From NCBI RefSeq assembly GCF_001194135.2, contig NC_068987.1:43342823-43390636 (forward strand): a stretch of DNA of 47,814 nucleotides, in the 5' to 3' direction. The stretch is from Octopus bimaculoides. Its lineage: Eukaryota. The notes under the pieces are model-generated. The model was not told the origin of the DNA. It ran no database searches and saw only the letters and a program-made list of their open reading frames with translations. The position numbers and the translations under genes were made by a program. Shown one piece after another: positions 1-10,555 of the stretch; position 1 is the stretch's first letter, and the number at the start of each line of letters is the position of its first letter.

Positions 1-27
1 TATATATATATATATCTGTGTGTATAT

Positions 28-412
28 ATGATGATGGCCGTCTACTTGTGACCGAGGAAGACCATTACTGACCTTCAGGAACATTGTGCGCTCTTGGACC
101 AACTTATATTTTGCATTTCCGGCTCCGTTAGTGGCTAATGAGCCCTGCTCTTCACAAGCATACACGACTGCAAACATTGCAGACCAAGCTTTCCCCATTC
201 ACTATACAAGTCGTGTGCTTTTGCGCAGCTCGTTTAAGTTCTTCACGCTGGATACGTGCTCTCTCAAAAGTGTCGATCCCCTCCTTAACATGCTCCCTCC
301 ATCTGTGGCGATGACAGGCATTGTTCTCCCAGTCAGTGTCCTGCATAGCCTGTATGGTCTGGCTAAATCAAAATGGTTTTTTGTATTCTTCCTTTCTACT
401 TGGAGAGTTTAA
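28..412 (-). mobile_element. 3' end of an RTE-like LINE (5'-truncated)
   Basis: The minus frame reads ...RWREHVKEGIDTFERARIQREELKR...LVCNVCSRVCL then RAGLISH, the Cys/His-containing C-terminus typical of RTE/BovB-like ORFs. A short 3' UTR follows and ends in a (CAT)n-type tail. Confidence 0.7.
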
Positions 413-697
413 ATGTAGTTACAAAAATATGTCCTTCTGCTGAAATGATATTTCAGTAAATTTCTATATCTTTGTGCAGCTGATGATTGCTCTGCATTTT
501 ACATTTGATGTAATGTTCACATTGCTTAAATAAATGGAGTCGCATGAAACGATCGTACTGCTTCAACCTTGGATATCCTTGTTGCATATTTTGATTTTAA
601 TCACCTTATTTTGGAATTGTATGAATAATACCATACTTAATTCTGGTGCCTAAACTTAAATACCATATTCACCTTGAATCTAAATTTTATATATGTG

Positions 698-734
<37 letters not shown>

Positions 735-794
735 TCACACACAAATACATAATGAGAAAAATATTTAGAGGAAGATGTTAAAATTTCCATTGGT

Positions 795-960
795 ACAGTT
801 CAGCTTGATTTAGTGGTTAAAATGTTGCACTAATGATCATGAGATCGTTGTTTTAATTCTCAGACCAGGCAGTGTGTTGAATTCTTCAGCAAAACACTTC
901 ACATCATGTTGCTACAGTCCACTCAGCTGTTAATGAGTTCTAGCAATAGCTGGGAAGTTA
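795..960 (+). mobile_element. tRNA-derived SINE 5' part (degenerate)
   Basis: A-box-like TAGTGGTTAAA and B-box-like GTT..AATTC, followed by the cttcagcaaaacacttcac...gtccactcagctgt body seen in other copies in the window. Confidence 0.55.
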
Positions 961-1034
961 AACCTGTGATGGACTGGCAATTATGGAAATCAAATTAAGC
1001 CTTTACCTTAGTAGTCCTAGAGGTTATGACCCTC

Positions 1035-1330
1035 AGTAAAATCCACTGTTACAATCAAACCAGGACTTCTCTATTATAACAATAACAGCCTCATACACTG
1101 CTGTTTTTTACTTTCTTTTTTTTTTACTGTAATAACTTAGAACTCATTCTTGAGTTCTGGGTTGTTACAGAAACTCTGTAAGGCTTTAACTCATTTACAA
1201 CACTAAAAGTCGCGCAATTACATTAATTGGAGCTAATTACCAGCTAGTGAAATATATTTGGTATCAAAAATATACACTTGTTAATAAGCACCACATCACC
1301 AAGGGCCTAAAGACTTATGATTGAAGCATC
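1035..1330. repeat. Copy 1 of a ~300-bp dispersed repeat with an internal hairpin (copy 2 at ~2815-3190)
   Basis: cactgttaca.tcaaaccaggact...gagttctgggttgttacagaaact...ggagctaattaccagcta...gggccta..gacttatga is colinear in both copies. Confidence 0.85.
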
Positions 1331-1515
1331 TTTAGGTTTTATATTTTCATTATTTACTTTAAAATACTTTATTTCACAATGAATATGTAGCAACATACAC
1401 CTGGACATATACATTTTCGGGTTTATATAGATATGTCATTTAGAAGGATATATAGAATGTGTGCCTAAATATGCATCTGCATGTGTGTTTTTGATCCTGC
1501 AAATTTGCACATGGT

Positions 1516-1592
<77 letters not shown>

Positions 1593-1722
1593 NNNNNNNN
1601 NNNNNNNNNNNNNNNNNNNNNNNNNNNNNNNNNNNNNNNNNNNNNNNNNNNNNNNNNNNNNNNNNNNNNNNNNNNNNNNNNNNNNNNNNNNNNNNNNNNN
1701 NNNNNNNNNNNNNNNNNNNNNN
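1593..1722. other. Assembly gap (130 N) next to a (CA)n(TA)n microsatellite
   Basis: Run of N. Confidence 1.
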
Positions 1723-2030
1723 TGACGGGTATTCACATTGACATTACACATCCAGCGGAGCATACTGGCTTCATTCCTTGCGAGCTTACGTATGTCCTCA
1801 GCAGTTACAGCCCATGTTTCACTGCCATGTAGCATGGTTGTTCGTACGCATGCGTCATACAGTCTGCCTTTTACTCTGAGTGAGAGTCCCTTTGTCGCCA
1901 GCAGGGGTAAGAGCTCTCTAAACTTTGCCCAGGCTATTCTTATTCTAGCAGCTACACTTTCAGCGCACCCACCCCCACTACTAACTTGGTCGCCCAGATA
2001 GCGGAAGCTATCGACTACCTCTAGTTTACA
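1723..2030 (-). mobile_element. RTE-clade LINE reverse transcriptase C-terminal fragment, running into the gap
   Basis: Stop-free LEVVDSFRYLGDQVSSGGGCAESVAARIRIAWAKFRELLPLL...LYDACVRTTMLHGSETW...MLRWMCNV. Confidence 0.9.
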
Positions 2031-2089
2031 AAACTTAACTGTACATTTACATGTGCCCAAGCATATATATGCACATACACACATATGTA

Positions 2090-2320
2090 CAGGGTTGGCC
2101 AAAAGTCACCTGACAGCAAATCAAAACCATTTAATTCCAAGATTTATCCATGTTTAACAACTGAATGAATTTAATGAAAGCATCTAAATATGAAACATCA
2201 TGAAAATTGTTCAAACTGAAGTTCTTGAGCGACACCATTTTTACAAATGAATAAATAAAATTGAATACTAAGTATTTATGGAATTTTGATTTACTGTTGG
2301 GTGACTTTTGGCCAACTTTG
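2090..2320. mobile_element. Tc1/mariner-type MITE (231 bp)
   Basis: TA|CAGGGTTGGCCAAAAGTCACC...GGTGACTTTTGGCCAACTTTG|TA: ~37-bp imperfect TIRs with a TA target duplication. Confidence 0.85.
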
Positions 2321-2814
2321 TATATGTGTACATGAATGTCACTTGTTACTGACTGTAAGGTTAACAGTATCAGATACAGCTGATAAAACTTGTACACATA
2401 AGTTTACAAGAAACTTTCTATGTGGAGATAGGGAGGAACAAGAGGAGGCAGAGGTGGAAGGAGGATTGTCTATACATTGGAGGCTTAGAAGTTAACTTCT
2501 GAGCTTTTATTGAAGTATATTAATGAAAAGATTCAAGCAAAGTAGCATGATTATATAAGAGCTATAGACTGAACTGTCCTACACTACTTTAACTAATTGA
2601 GTTTAATGAGCATTGATTAATAGGGCAAAGGGTAGGCATGGCTATGTGGTTAAGAAATACACTTTGCAACCACGTGATTTCAGGTTTGATCCCACTGCAT
2701 TAACCATGGCACTAATAGTAGAATTGGGTAGATTGAAATTGTACCTAAGTTTGTTGGATGAGCTCAACCTGTTCTTATTCCATTTAACATCTGATTTAAC
2801 AGATGTAACTTGGT

Positions 2815-3190
2815 AGAGTTCACTGTTACATTCAAACCAGGACTCCTCTATTATAACAATAACTAGACACCCTGATACACTGTTTTTTCTTTTTATTATT
2901 ATTATTTCTTTTGACTGTAACAACCCAGAACTCAAGAATGAGTTCTGGGTTGTTACAGAAACTTTGTCTTGAGCCTCAAAAGCTTTAACTCATTTAACGG
3001 TATCAGATACAGCTGATAAAACTTGTACACATAAGTTTACATGAAACTTTCTATGTGGAGATAGGGAGGAACAAAGTCCCACAATTATATTAACTGGAGC
3101 TAATTACCAGCTAATGAAATATATTCGATATTATATAAATATACACTTGTTAATAAGCAAATCACCTAGGGCCTACGGACTTATGATCAA
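2815..3190. repeat. Copy 2 of the same repeat, with a perfect 19-bp hairpin (2915-2958) and an 81-bp extra segment
   Basis: Direct alignment by eye to 1035-1330. Confidence 0.85.
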
Positions 3191-4339
3191 AGCATTCCAA
3201 CCATGACCATACCATCTCCTTGCATATCCAGGACTACATTGACCATTTTTATTCTTTTTTAAACAAAAAAAAAGATAGGGTAGTTTGATTTGATGGAAGC
3301 TTGACTGCTATTTCTTGCAGGTTAACCATCATGTAGAGGCTCCCTGGTTGTGAAAAACAGTTTTTCTTTTTCTTTTGAAAAAGTTATACAAGACACTAAC
3401 AGCACACATATAAACACACAAATACACAAACATATATGCCTGCCTGTAAAACAGGTACACACAAATGCAAACAACCATAAACACACACAGGCTCAAGCCA
3501 GCACAAACACACACACATGCTTCTGTGCACAACATTTGCAGATGGACACACGCACATGAAGCCAACCCTTCCACACAGACACTATTGTTGGTCATGCAAA
3601 CTGAAACAGGCAGTGCTACGAAACTTACTCGGGACATAACAGAATAAGGACAGAACTTGCGACTACCTCATTGTTGATTAGATCCTCAATAATACAAACC
3701 ATACTTTCCAGTTATAAGTCTAAAAAAAATGCACCAGTCAACTTGTGTTGCAGACCAAAACACTCACCATGCATACACACATATATGGATATACATTCAT
3801 TCATATAGACACCTGTACATACACTAATACACCACCCACAAAGTTGTTCTAGCTGCCATTATCTCCCATTTACAGATCAATCTGTTATTGATTTGCTATA
3901 TTACATATTAATGATAGTAGCTCCAGACTGAACATAAGAACAGCCAGAAATAGCAACCACTGGCATCAATGCTCTAGTAGACATCTTACATAATGCAGGT
4001 GGATTTTCAGCTGCTTGCCACCAGCACCATCCTAACCAAACTATCCACAATAACCACCACCAATACCAATACCAAACAAGCTGTTTTACAAAAGAGTAGC
4101 AAGCTTCCTGCCATGAGTCGATCAACAACGGAGCTTCTATGTAGTTGTTCGACCTGCTAGAAATAGAAGTCAAACCTCCTCTGAATCACATACAACTGTC
4201 ATATGAAATAAAGGGACACATTAGCTAATGTAGTTCTAGGTGTCTCACAAGAAAGGCCTTTGAAAACAGGTCTGCTTGCTCGTGGTTGACCTGGTTGAAT
4301 ACCAAAGTTTCATGGTAATAATTCATGAGATGCATGAAG

Positions 4340-4925
4340 AACAGCAAGAATCCAAACAATAACATATCCATTCATTTTGAATATGTTCTGGCAGATTCAA
4401 ATATGAATAACTGATGACTGTTTTTCATCATCAGAGAATACTTCCTCCCTTTAGATGGTTTGTGTTCATAATGCATATGATTTACAGGTGTAACTTTGAA
4501 ACACTACAGTGATTTAATTTCAAATGGCTCTTCAGTTAAAGCATCCCTAGACTAATGAATCTAACAAGAATATTGGCTTTTGTTTATAGAAATTAGTAAA
4601 CAATTTGCTGATGAGTGCTGAAGTCTGCCTAACTGATTATAATTAATGGGGTGCACACAGTACAGCAAGAATCCAAACAATAACTTAGATATTCATTTGT
4701 AAGACGTTTTGGCAGATTCATATGCAAATATCTGATTACTGTTAATTGTTCGTCATCAGAGAATACCTCCTCCCTTTAGACAATATGAGTTCATAACATA
4801 TGCGATTCCCCAGAATAAGAGAACTTTGAGATATCATAATGTTTGGACCATACTGTGCATCTCCTCTGGTGAATCGCATTTGTTAAGAACACACATTGTC
4901 TAAAGGGAGGAGGTATTCTCTGATG
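4340..4925. repeat. Three copies of an unclassified repeat: two direct (~4340-4460, ~4663-4814) and one inverted (~4865-4925)
   Basis: catcagagaatac(c/t)tcctccctttaga occurs twice on the plus strand and once on the minus strand. Confidence 0.8.
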
Positions 4926-6094
4926 TGATCAGATCTGCTAGAACATATTAAGAATATATACATTCAAGTTTCATGGTAGTTGTTAATTTCCATGTTGCCA
5001 TGGATATGTCTATAAAAGAGCAGTCTTCTGCTGGGGTTCATATATGCTCAATCTCACAATCAACACATGCTGTGATGGCCACGTGGACACAATTGCCAGA
5101 CTAAGCCCTTTTGTTTTGGAGTAAAGACATTCTTTAATATCACAAACCTTCAGATTATTTTTTGAATTGCAAAACTCCATAAGACTGAGAGCCAATTCCT
5201 GTTTCTGTGGATGTGACATAGAGTTTGGACAATCAAAGTAAGGCAGAACACTATACAATGTTTAGTTGTCAAGTAGTTTAGTAGTTGTGGCTGCAAGTGT
5301 GTTGTCAACTAAAATAAAAACAAAATTTTTACATGGCCAAAAAATTCTAGCAACAAAACATCTGATGTCAAGTAAGTCAGCATCAAATCAGGGATGTCAA
5401 ATAGGCATGGCCAAATCCTCACATACCCTCATCTAGCAGAAAGCTACCTTCCTCTCTATTGTAGCCCCACTCAGTTGAAGGAGATTTTAGTCTTGCATGT
5501 TGCATGTTTTCTACTTTCACTCTGTAAAGTAGTTCGTGTCAGGAAAGGCATCTAGCCAAAAGAAAATATATATACTAAAAAGAGAAGGTATGAAACAAGG
5601 TTCTCTAACCCACCTAAGAGAGCGGTGACACTAAGTAAGAACTAATTCAGATTGTAATGACATATTTAACCTATGGAAAACAAATACATGATGATGATCT
5701 CTTCAGTTTCATTCAATAATTAAGACAGCATTTATTTAACACATTACATACACTCACCATATCTGGTTTAAATTATGGATTGGAATTTTTAAGATTTTAC
5801 TATCATTTTAGACAGATCCAAAAGGTTGTTCAGAGTTTTAGTTACATATATTGATATACTGACATTATAATCCTTATATTTAAGATTATTAGAAATATAA
5901 GATAACCGAAAATATAGGTCATTTGATACTTCAGAGCTGAATATCAATGGCTAATGACTTATTTTTATGAACCTTTGACATCTTTATTCTGTTCTACAAG
6001 CAATCAAAATTTGATGAATTCAAAGAAGCAGTAGAGTATCAGACTCAATGCACTGATATTAATTATCATTAAAGCTATTATATGCTACATCAGT

Positions 6095-6600
6095 TAGCAG
6101 GGATGTTGTCTTAAGGTTTGGTGACAAGTTTCCTTAAATCATAAGAATGTATCTTAAAATTCTTGCAGAATAGAGGATGGAACTTTTCTGCAGGTTAACG
6201 CTATGTGTCTCAATTCCAACATCCTTCAGCCTCTTAGGTAGCAATTTGGGTGCTGTGATAATTGTTACCACAGGAACAACTGTCACCTTTCTTTTCCACA
6301 ATCTCTTCAACTCTCTGGTTAGGTTCTGATATTTCTCAATTTCTTTGGTATCCTCTCTATTATCATATGATATTGCAAAATCTATGATCTTACACTTTTT
6401 TTATGTCCTCCATAATCTTATCTGGTCTCCTTGCTTGGTCAGTTTATTACTATCTTCATCATCACTGTTATATATCCATTCTAGGATTGCATCTACAATT
6501 ATGCTTTGGAAAGATAAAAAAAGAAGTTTCTTTCCTTTGATAAAATCAGAAGTTAATGCTGCAAGTGAGATGTCAACTATCTTCATGAAACAAAATAAAT
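6095..6600 (-). mobile_element. Degenerate 3' end of an REL-endonuclease (R4-like) non-LTR retrotransposon
   Basis: Minus-strand frames give ..RPDxIM..IDFAISYDNREDTKEIEKYQNLTRELKRLWKRKVTVVPVV..APKLLPKRLKDVGIETH..LQKSSILYSARILR, the PD-(D/E)xK REL C-terminus. Confidence 0.75.
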
Positions 6601-6647
6601 GAGATAAAAATTAAATTAAATAAAAAGACATTGTTGAATCATCTTAC

Positions 6648-6778
6648 CTGTCATGTTCTTCACAAAGAGTGCCATGTTCTCAAATGTCTTTTTGGAACTG
6701 TTGAAACGCACCACAGACCTAGAGTGGTGAAAGAACATGATATTTGGAACTGATACCACTCCAAATCTGGCATTGAGG
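6648..6778 (-). CDS. TXNDC15: TXNDC15 coding exon 3 (C-terminal half of the thioredoxin domain); CDS continues beyond what is visible
   Basis: Not shown in the ORF track in this frame. Manual translation of ttttccttgccag|C CTC AAT GCC AGA TTT GGA...ACA G|gtaaga gives (S)LNARFGVVSVPNIMFFHHSRSVVRFNSSKKTFENMALFVKNMT(G), matching human [27 protein letters not shown]...FIFNQTG. 131 bp, phase 2 to phase 1. Confidence 0.93.
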
Positions 6779-7650
6779 CTGGCAAGGAAAAACAGGAGAA
6801 AACAAAAGAGGAAATTAGTATACTGAATGTTATTGGAATATTTAATTTTATAAGGGGTAGTGTATGTGACACAGTCAAGAGCACTGTCCCTACCACCACT
6901 CCTACTTTAAACAACAGAGAACTGCACTGGGATAGATGTATGTGATGTGAAAAAGTACCATGCTTGAAAAATGGGAAAACTGACCGAGCGGGAAGATGAA
7001 AACTCAGACGAAACTCAGCTTCACAGATACAATAATGAAAGACTGAGAAAATGTGATGATATGCCATACACCAGAACTCATTTAAGTAATGACTTCACTA
7101 TGGTTTCCTCTATAAGATAGTTGAATAACTCATTTGATTGAAAAAACTTCAATTACCAAACACTTGCTCTGGTAGAATATATCAATGTATTCCAGGCACT
7201 GGTACACACAGTTCTTCTACACAGCTATAATAGTTTCTGCTTCAAATCTGCTGACTACAGTCACTCGAAATAAACCTACTCGTTTTACTAACTTTCTTCT
7301 TTATCATTGCTATTTTCTTACCTCCAAAATTTTGTTGTTAATGTAAAAGAAAAAGAAAAAAATCTTTGCATGGTTGGTAAGGTCAAATACATACACTACA
7401 GTGAAACATTATCTAAAACTAAGATTAACTCTTAAAGAATAATTAAGTCAATCTATCTGTCCACTGGAACACCGTTTGGTTCTAGAAAGGCAAAAGAGAC
7501 AATCTTCTAACAGAAAGGAAGTGAACAATCAAACACACATGCATGCACATACATCCCCGAGATATATTCGATTTGATGACATGCAGTCAGACCTTATACT
7601 GCTCAACACAGTGTCCTAAAGAAGGTTAAAACCAACTGACTGAATAAGTC

Positions 7651-7868
7651 TAACCCTTTTGTTACCATATTTCAATTAATTTTGAAAATAACAAAGAATT
7701 TATTAAAATAAAGAATTTATTAAAATAACTGTCATTATTAAGCTAATGTTTGGCACATAAATTAACATGAAAATTTGATGGCTGGTTTTGATTTAGATTA
7801 CTTTGAATTAGGAAGCTTGTATCATAGAAACAGAGGCAGTCTTGAGCAGGTTGGTATCAAAAGTATTA
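7651..7868. mobile_element. piggyBac-type MITE; second copy in opposite orientation at ~21684-21892
   Basis: TAA-CCCTTTTGTTACC...GGTATCAAAAGTA-TTAA ends. The interior matches the reverse complement of 21684-21892. Confidence 0.6.
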
Positions 7869-7889
7869 AGTATAGATGATAAGGACTTC

Positions 7890-8340
7890 TCAGCACAATG
7901 TGCTTGTAACCTGTCAATGTGGTAACTATATAGTATCCCCACCAAACATGAGTTCCATATCACCAAAGGATTAAGATCCTAAATCCACAGAGGCACAGGC
8001 TGACAGCTGTGTAGAAGAACTCTATGTACAAGTGCCTGGAATACAATGATACTTGTGTGGAGCTTCAACATTTTTAGGGACCATATAAATGAATGTTGCA
8101 TAAAGACATCATAAGCTAGACATGAGTGGCCATCTTGCTTTCATGCTTATTTATCTGCTGTACCAAACCGACAATGACTTCACAGTCCCACTAATAATTA
8201 TATATTTTCTTATGAGCATTTAAGCATTCTATCCAACAAATATTTCCATACTGAATAACGGTGTCCATGCTGGAGATGGTTTATTTGCTGAGGTATGCAT
8301 TTTACACCTTGATGACCTTCTTGCTATTAATGAATTGCTC
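7890..8340 (-). pseudogene. Possible relic of a PIF1-type (Helitron) helicase
   Basis: The minus frame DLGS*SFGDMELMFGGDTI*LP resembles the PFGG..GGDFRQILP motif. Upstream matches are weaker and frameshifted. Confidence 0.4.
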
Positions 8341-8444
8341 GAAGTAGGGATTAGTAGAACCTGATCCAGCTAATCAGACAAGTTGGAGCAGGTATAGATT
8401 TGTTTTGTTTAGGGGCACAACACAACAGTCATAGTACATGTGTC

Positions 8445-8760
8445 ATTATCATCATCTAATGTCCACTTTTCCATGCTTGCATAGATCAGACAGGATTTAA
8501 TGAGGCATATTTTCAATGGTTGGATGCCCTTTCTATTGTTAACCCTCACCTGTTTCCAAACAAGGTAATATTTGCTATGGCCAAACAGGTTTTTCACAGA
8601 AGACTGGAAATGAACAACATTGCTTATATGACAGTGATGCTTGTTTACAAATATCACAGGCTATCAAGACAACACAAAGGTACACATACACACAAGGGTT
8701 TCTTTCAGTTTCCCTCTATCAAACTCACTCACAAGGTCTTGGTCAGCTCAGGATTGACCT
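8445..8760 (-). mobile_element. SINE-like repeat, family B ((ATG)n-tailed); other copies ~12430-12800(-), 14810-15140(-), 28510-28600(-), 30985-31232(+), 32010-32215(-)
   Basis: Shared catcat..tttccatgcttgcat..gaggcagatttt..gatgccctt..cctcacctgtttcca..aaggtaatattt body. Strand assigned from the (ATG)n tail. Confidence 0.75.
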
Positions 8761-9019
8761 CAAAACCACATGGCTGAGAAGCAAGCTTCTTAATCATATA
8801 TCAGTAGTGTTGTCAAGAGAGTAGGTAGTTTTATTATCAGACATGAACTAACCAAATCAGCAACCATTTTCCCACTGCGGGGTAAAGGCCTTCTTTTAAT
8901 ACTGCATAACTTTTGGTTTGGAGTTTCTGATTTCCAATTTTATGTCGAATCTATCCAATTTATCCCTCAATTTTGTTTGCTGTCATCTCCTCTCACCCAC
9001 ATCCTTTTGAAATTCAATT

Positions 9020-9287
9020 CATCAAAAGCACTCAGTCCACATTGTAAAGTGGTCTGCATTTAGAAAGGCATTCAGCTGTAAAAACCTTGCCAAAACTGAT
9101 CTCACCTGTGCTTGTGCCACATAAAAAGCACTAAGTCCTCTCTGCTGAGTGGTTGGTGATAGGAAGGGCATCCAGCTGTAAAAATCCTGCCAAAAATACA
9201 GAAGTCTGGTGCAGGCTTCTGCCTGGCCAACTCTTGTCAGACCATCCCACCCATGCCAGCATGGAAGGCGGACGTTAAACGATGACA
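9020..9287 (+). mobile_element. SINE-like repeat, family A ((GAT)n-tailed); other copies ~17640-17855(+), 22040-22255(-), 28025-28215(-), 31797-31962(-), 44665-44815(+), 47084-47190(-)
   Basis: Shared aggaagggcatccagctgtaaaaa...ccaacccatgc(c/t)agcatggaa..cggacgttaaacgatga. I recognise this as a very abundant octopus-type repeat. Confidence 0.8.
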
Positions 9288-9744
9288 AACTTTATCACTC
9301 ATCTGTTGTTACATATTCTCTGGCAATGTCCAACACAATTCGATTCCAATGATTTTGTGAAACTGAAAATGCTTTAGATTGCTTTTTATGTCTTTTGTCA
9401 GGTTCCATACTTCTGTCCATTAGAAATTTTGGAGATGACACATTGTTTGTAAATTCATCTTTAAAATCTAAGGGCATTTCGCTTAAAAATGGAATTTGCT
9501 TTCCCAGCAGCTTGCCAGACATTCCTACAAATAAGTGTAACCTAAAACTTATCCATAATACCAAGTGGACAGTCTACAACAGTCATATCAACTGACAGAG
9601 AAGGAATGTTTAGAGAAATATCATATGGTCATGAATTAATAAAATAAGCAAAAATAGTTTTAAAAATTATAATTTCATAGGAAAATTGATATAGAAAAAT
9701 ATAAAAGAAAAGTGAAGACAGCAGCACCCATACAGGTATATGGA

Positions 9745-10203
9745 TTTGTGCCACTCATACAAGCATACGAACTGTGCCAGCTGTACATGTAAATGGACTG
9801 TGCCACTCATACAGGTGAATGGACTGTACCACTCATACAGGCGAATGGACTGTACCACTCATACAGCTGAATGAACTGTGCGGCCCATACAAATATGTGA
9901 AGCATTCCACCCATGCTACAATGGACAGTACCTAACATACAAGTATATAGAGTGTGCTTTCCATACTGGTATATGTAGTGCGTTACACAGTCAAGTACAC
10001 GGACTGTGCCACCCTTGCTGCAATGGACTGTACCTCTCATACAAGTATATAGTGGTGCTACTCATACTGGTGTATGGAGTGTGCCACAGATTCAGGTACA
10101 GGGACTGTGCCACCCATGCTGCAATGGACAGTACCTGTCATACAAGTATATAGACTGTGCTAGCTATACTGGTAGATGGAGTGTGCCACCCTTGCTGCAA
10201 TAG
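9745..10203. repeat. Minisatellite: 26-bp monomers (9795-9898) grading into ~101-bp higher-order units (starts 9907, 10009, 10110, 10186)
   Basis: ggactgt(g/a)ccactcatacag(g/c)(t/c)gaat at 9795, 9821 and 9847; ccaccc(a/t)tgct(g/a)caatggac at ~101-bp spacing. Confidence 0.9.
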
Positions 10204-10234
10204 AGAGTCTCACAAAAATGTATCCTGTATAATA

Positions 10235-10555
10235 ATCTTCATCATCATCATCATCCAGTGTTTTAAATCCGGGTTTTGTCCCCATTAACGGGGGTGGCCA
10301 GATCGACTTCAATGCCATAGCAACTGCTCTCACACCATCTTGCCAGGTTTTGGGCATCCTCCTTTTTCAAACCAACCCTCCCAATCTCCTCCTCCACCTG
10401 TCCCTTCCACTTTTTCCTCGATCTACCTTGCTTTCATGCTCCATTTACCTCAAATATTAATCATCCTCCTCAGAACATGTTCTTCATCTCTCCTCAATAC
10501 ATGCCCATACCATCTCACTCCATTCGCCCTTGCTAACTATTCCACCTTCGAATTT
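10235..10555 (-). mobile_element. 3' end of an RTE-like LINE with (ATG)n tail
   Basis: The plus strand starts with (CAT)n. Minus frames resemble the RTE C-terminus (..WYGHV.., ..WQDGVRAVAM). Confidence 0.6.

Noticed and set aside
3901-5258. ORFs 3901-4173 and 5010-5258 as the missing last TXNDC15 exon
   Set aside because: No GPLPS-like motif or TXNDC15-like transmembrane segment in any minus-strand frame I checked. The Trp-rich run comes from a CCA/CAA-rich simple repeat.
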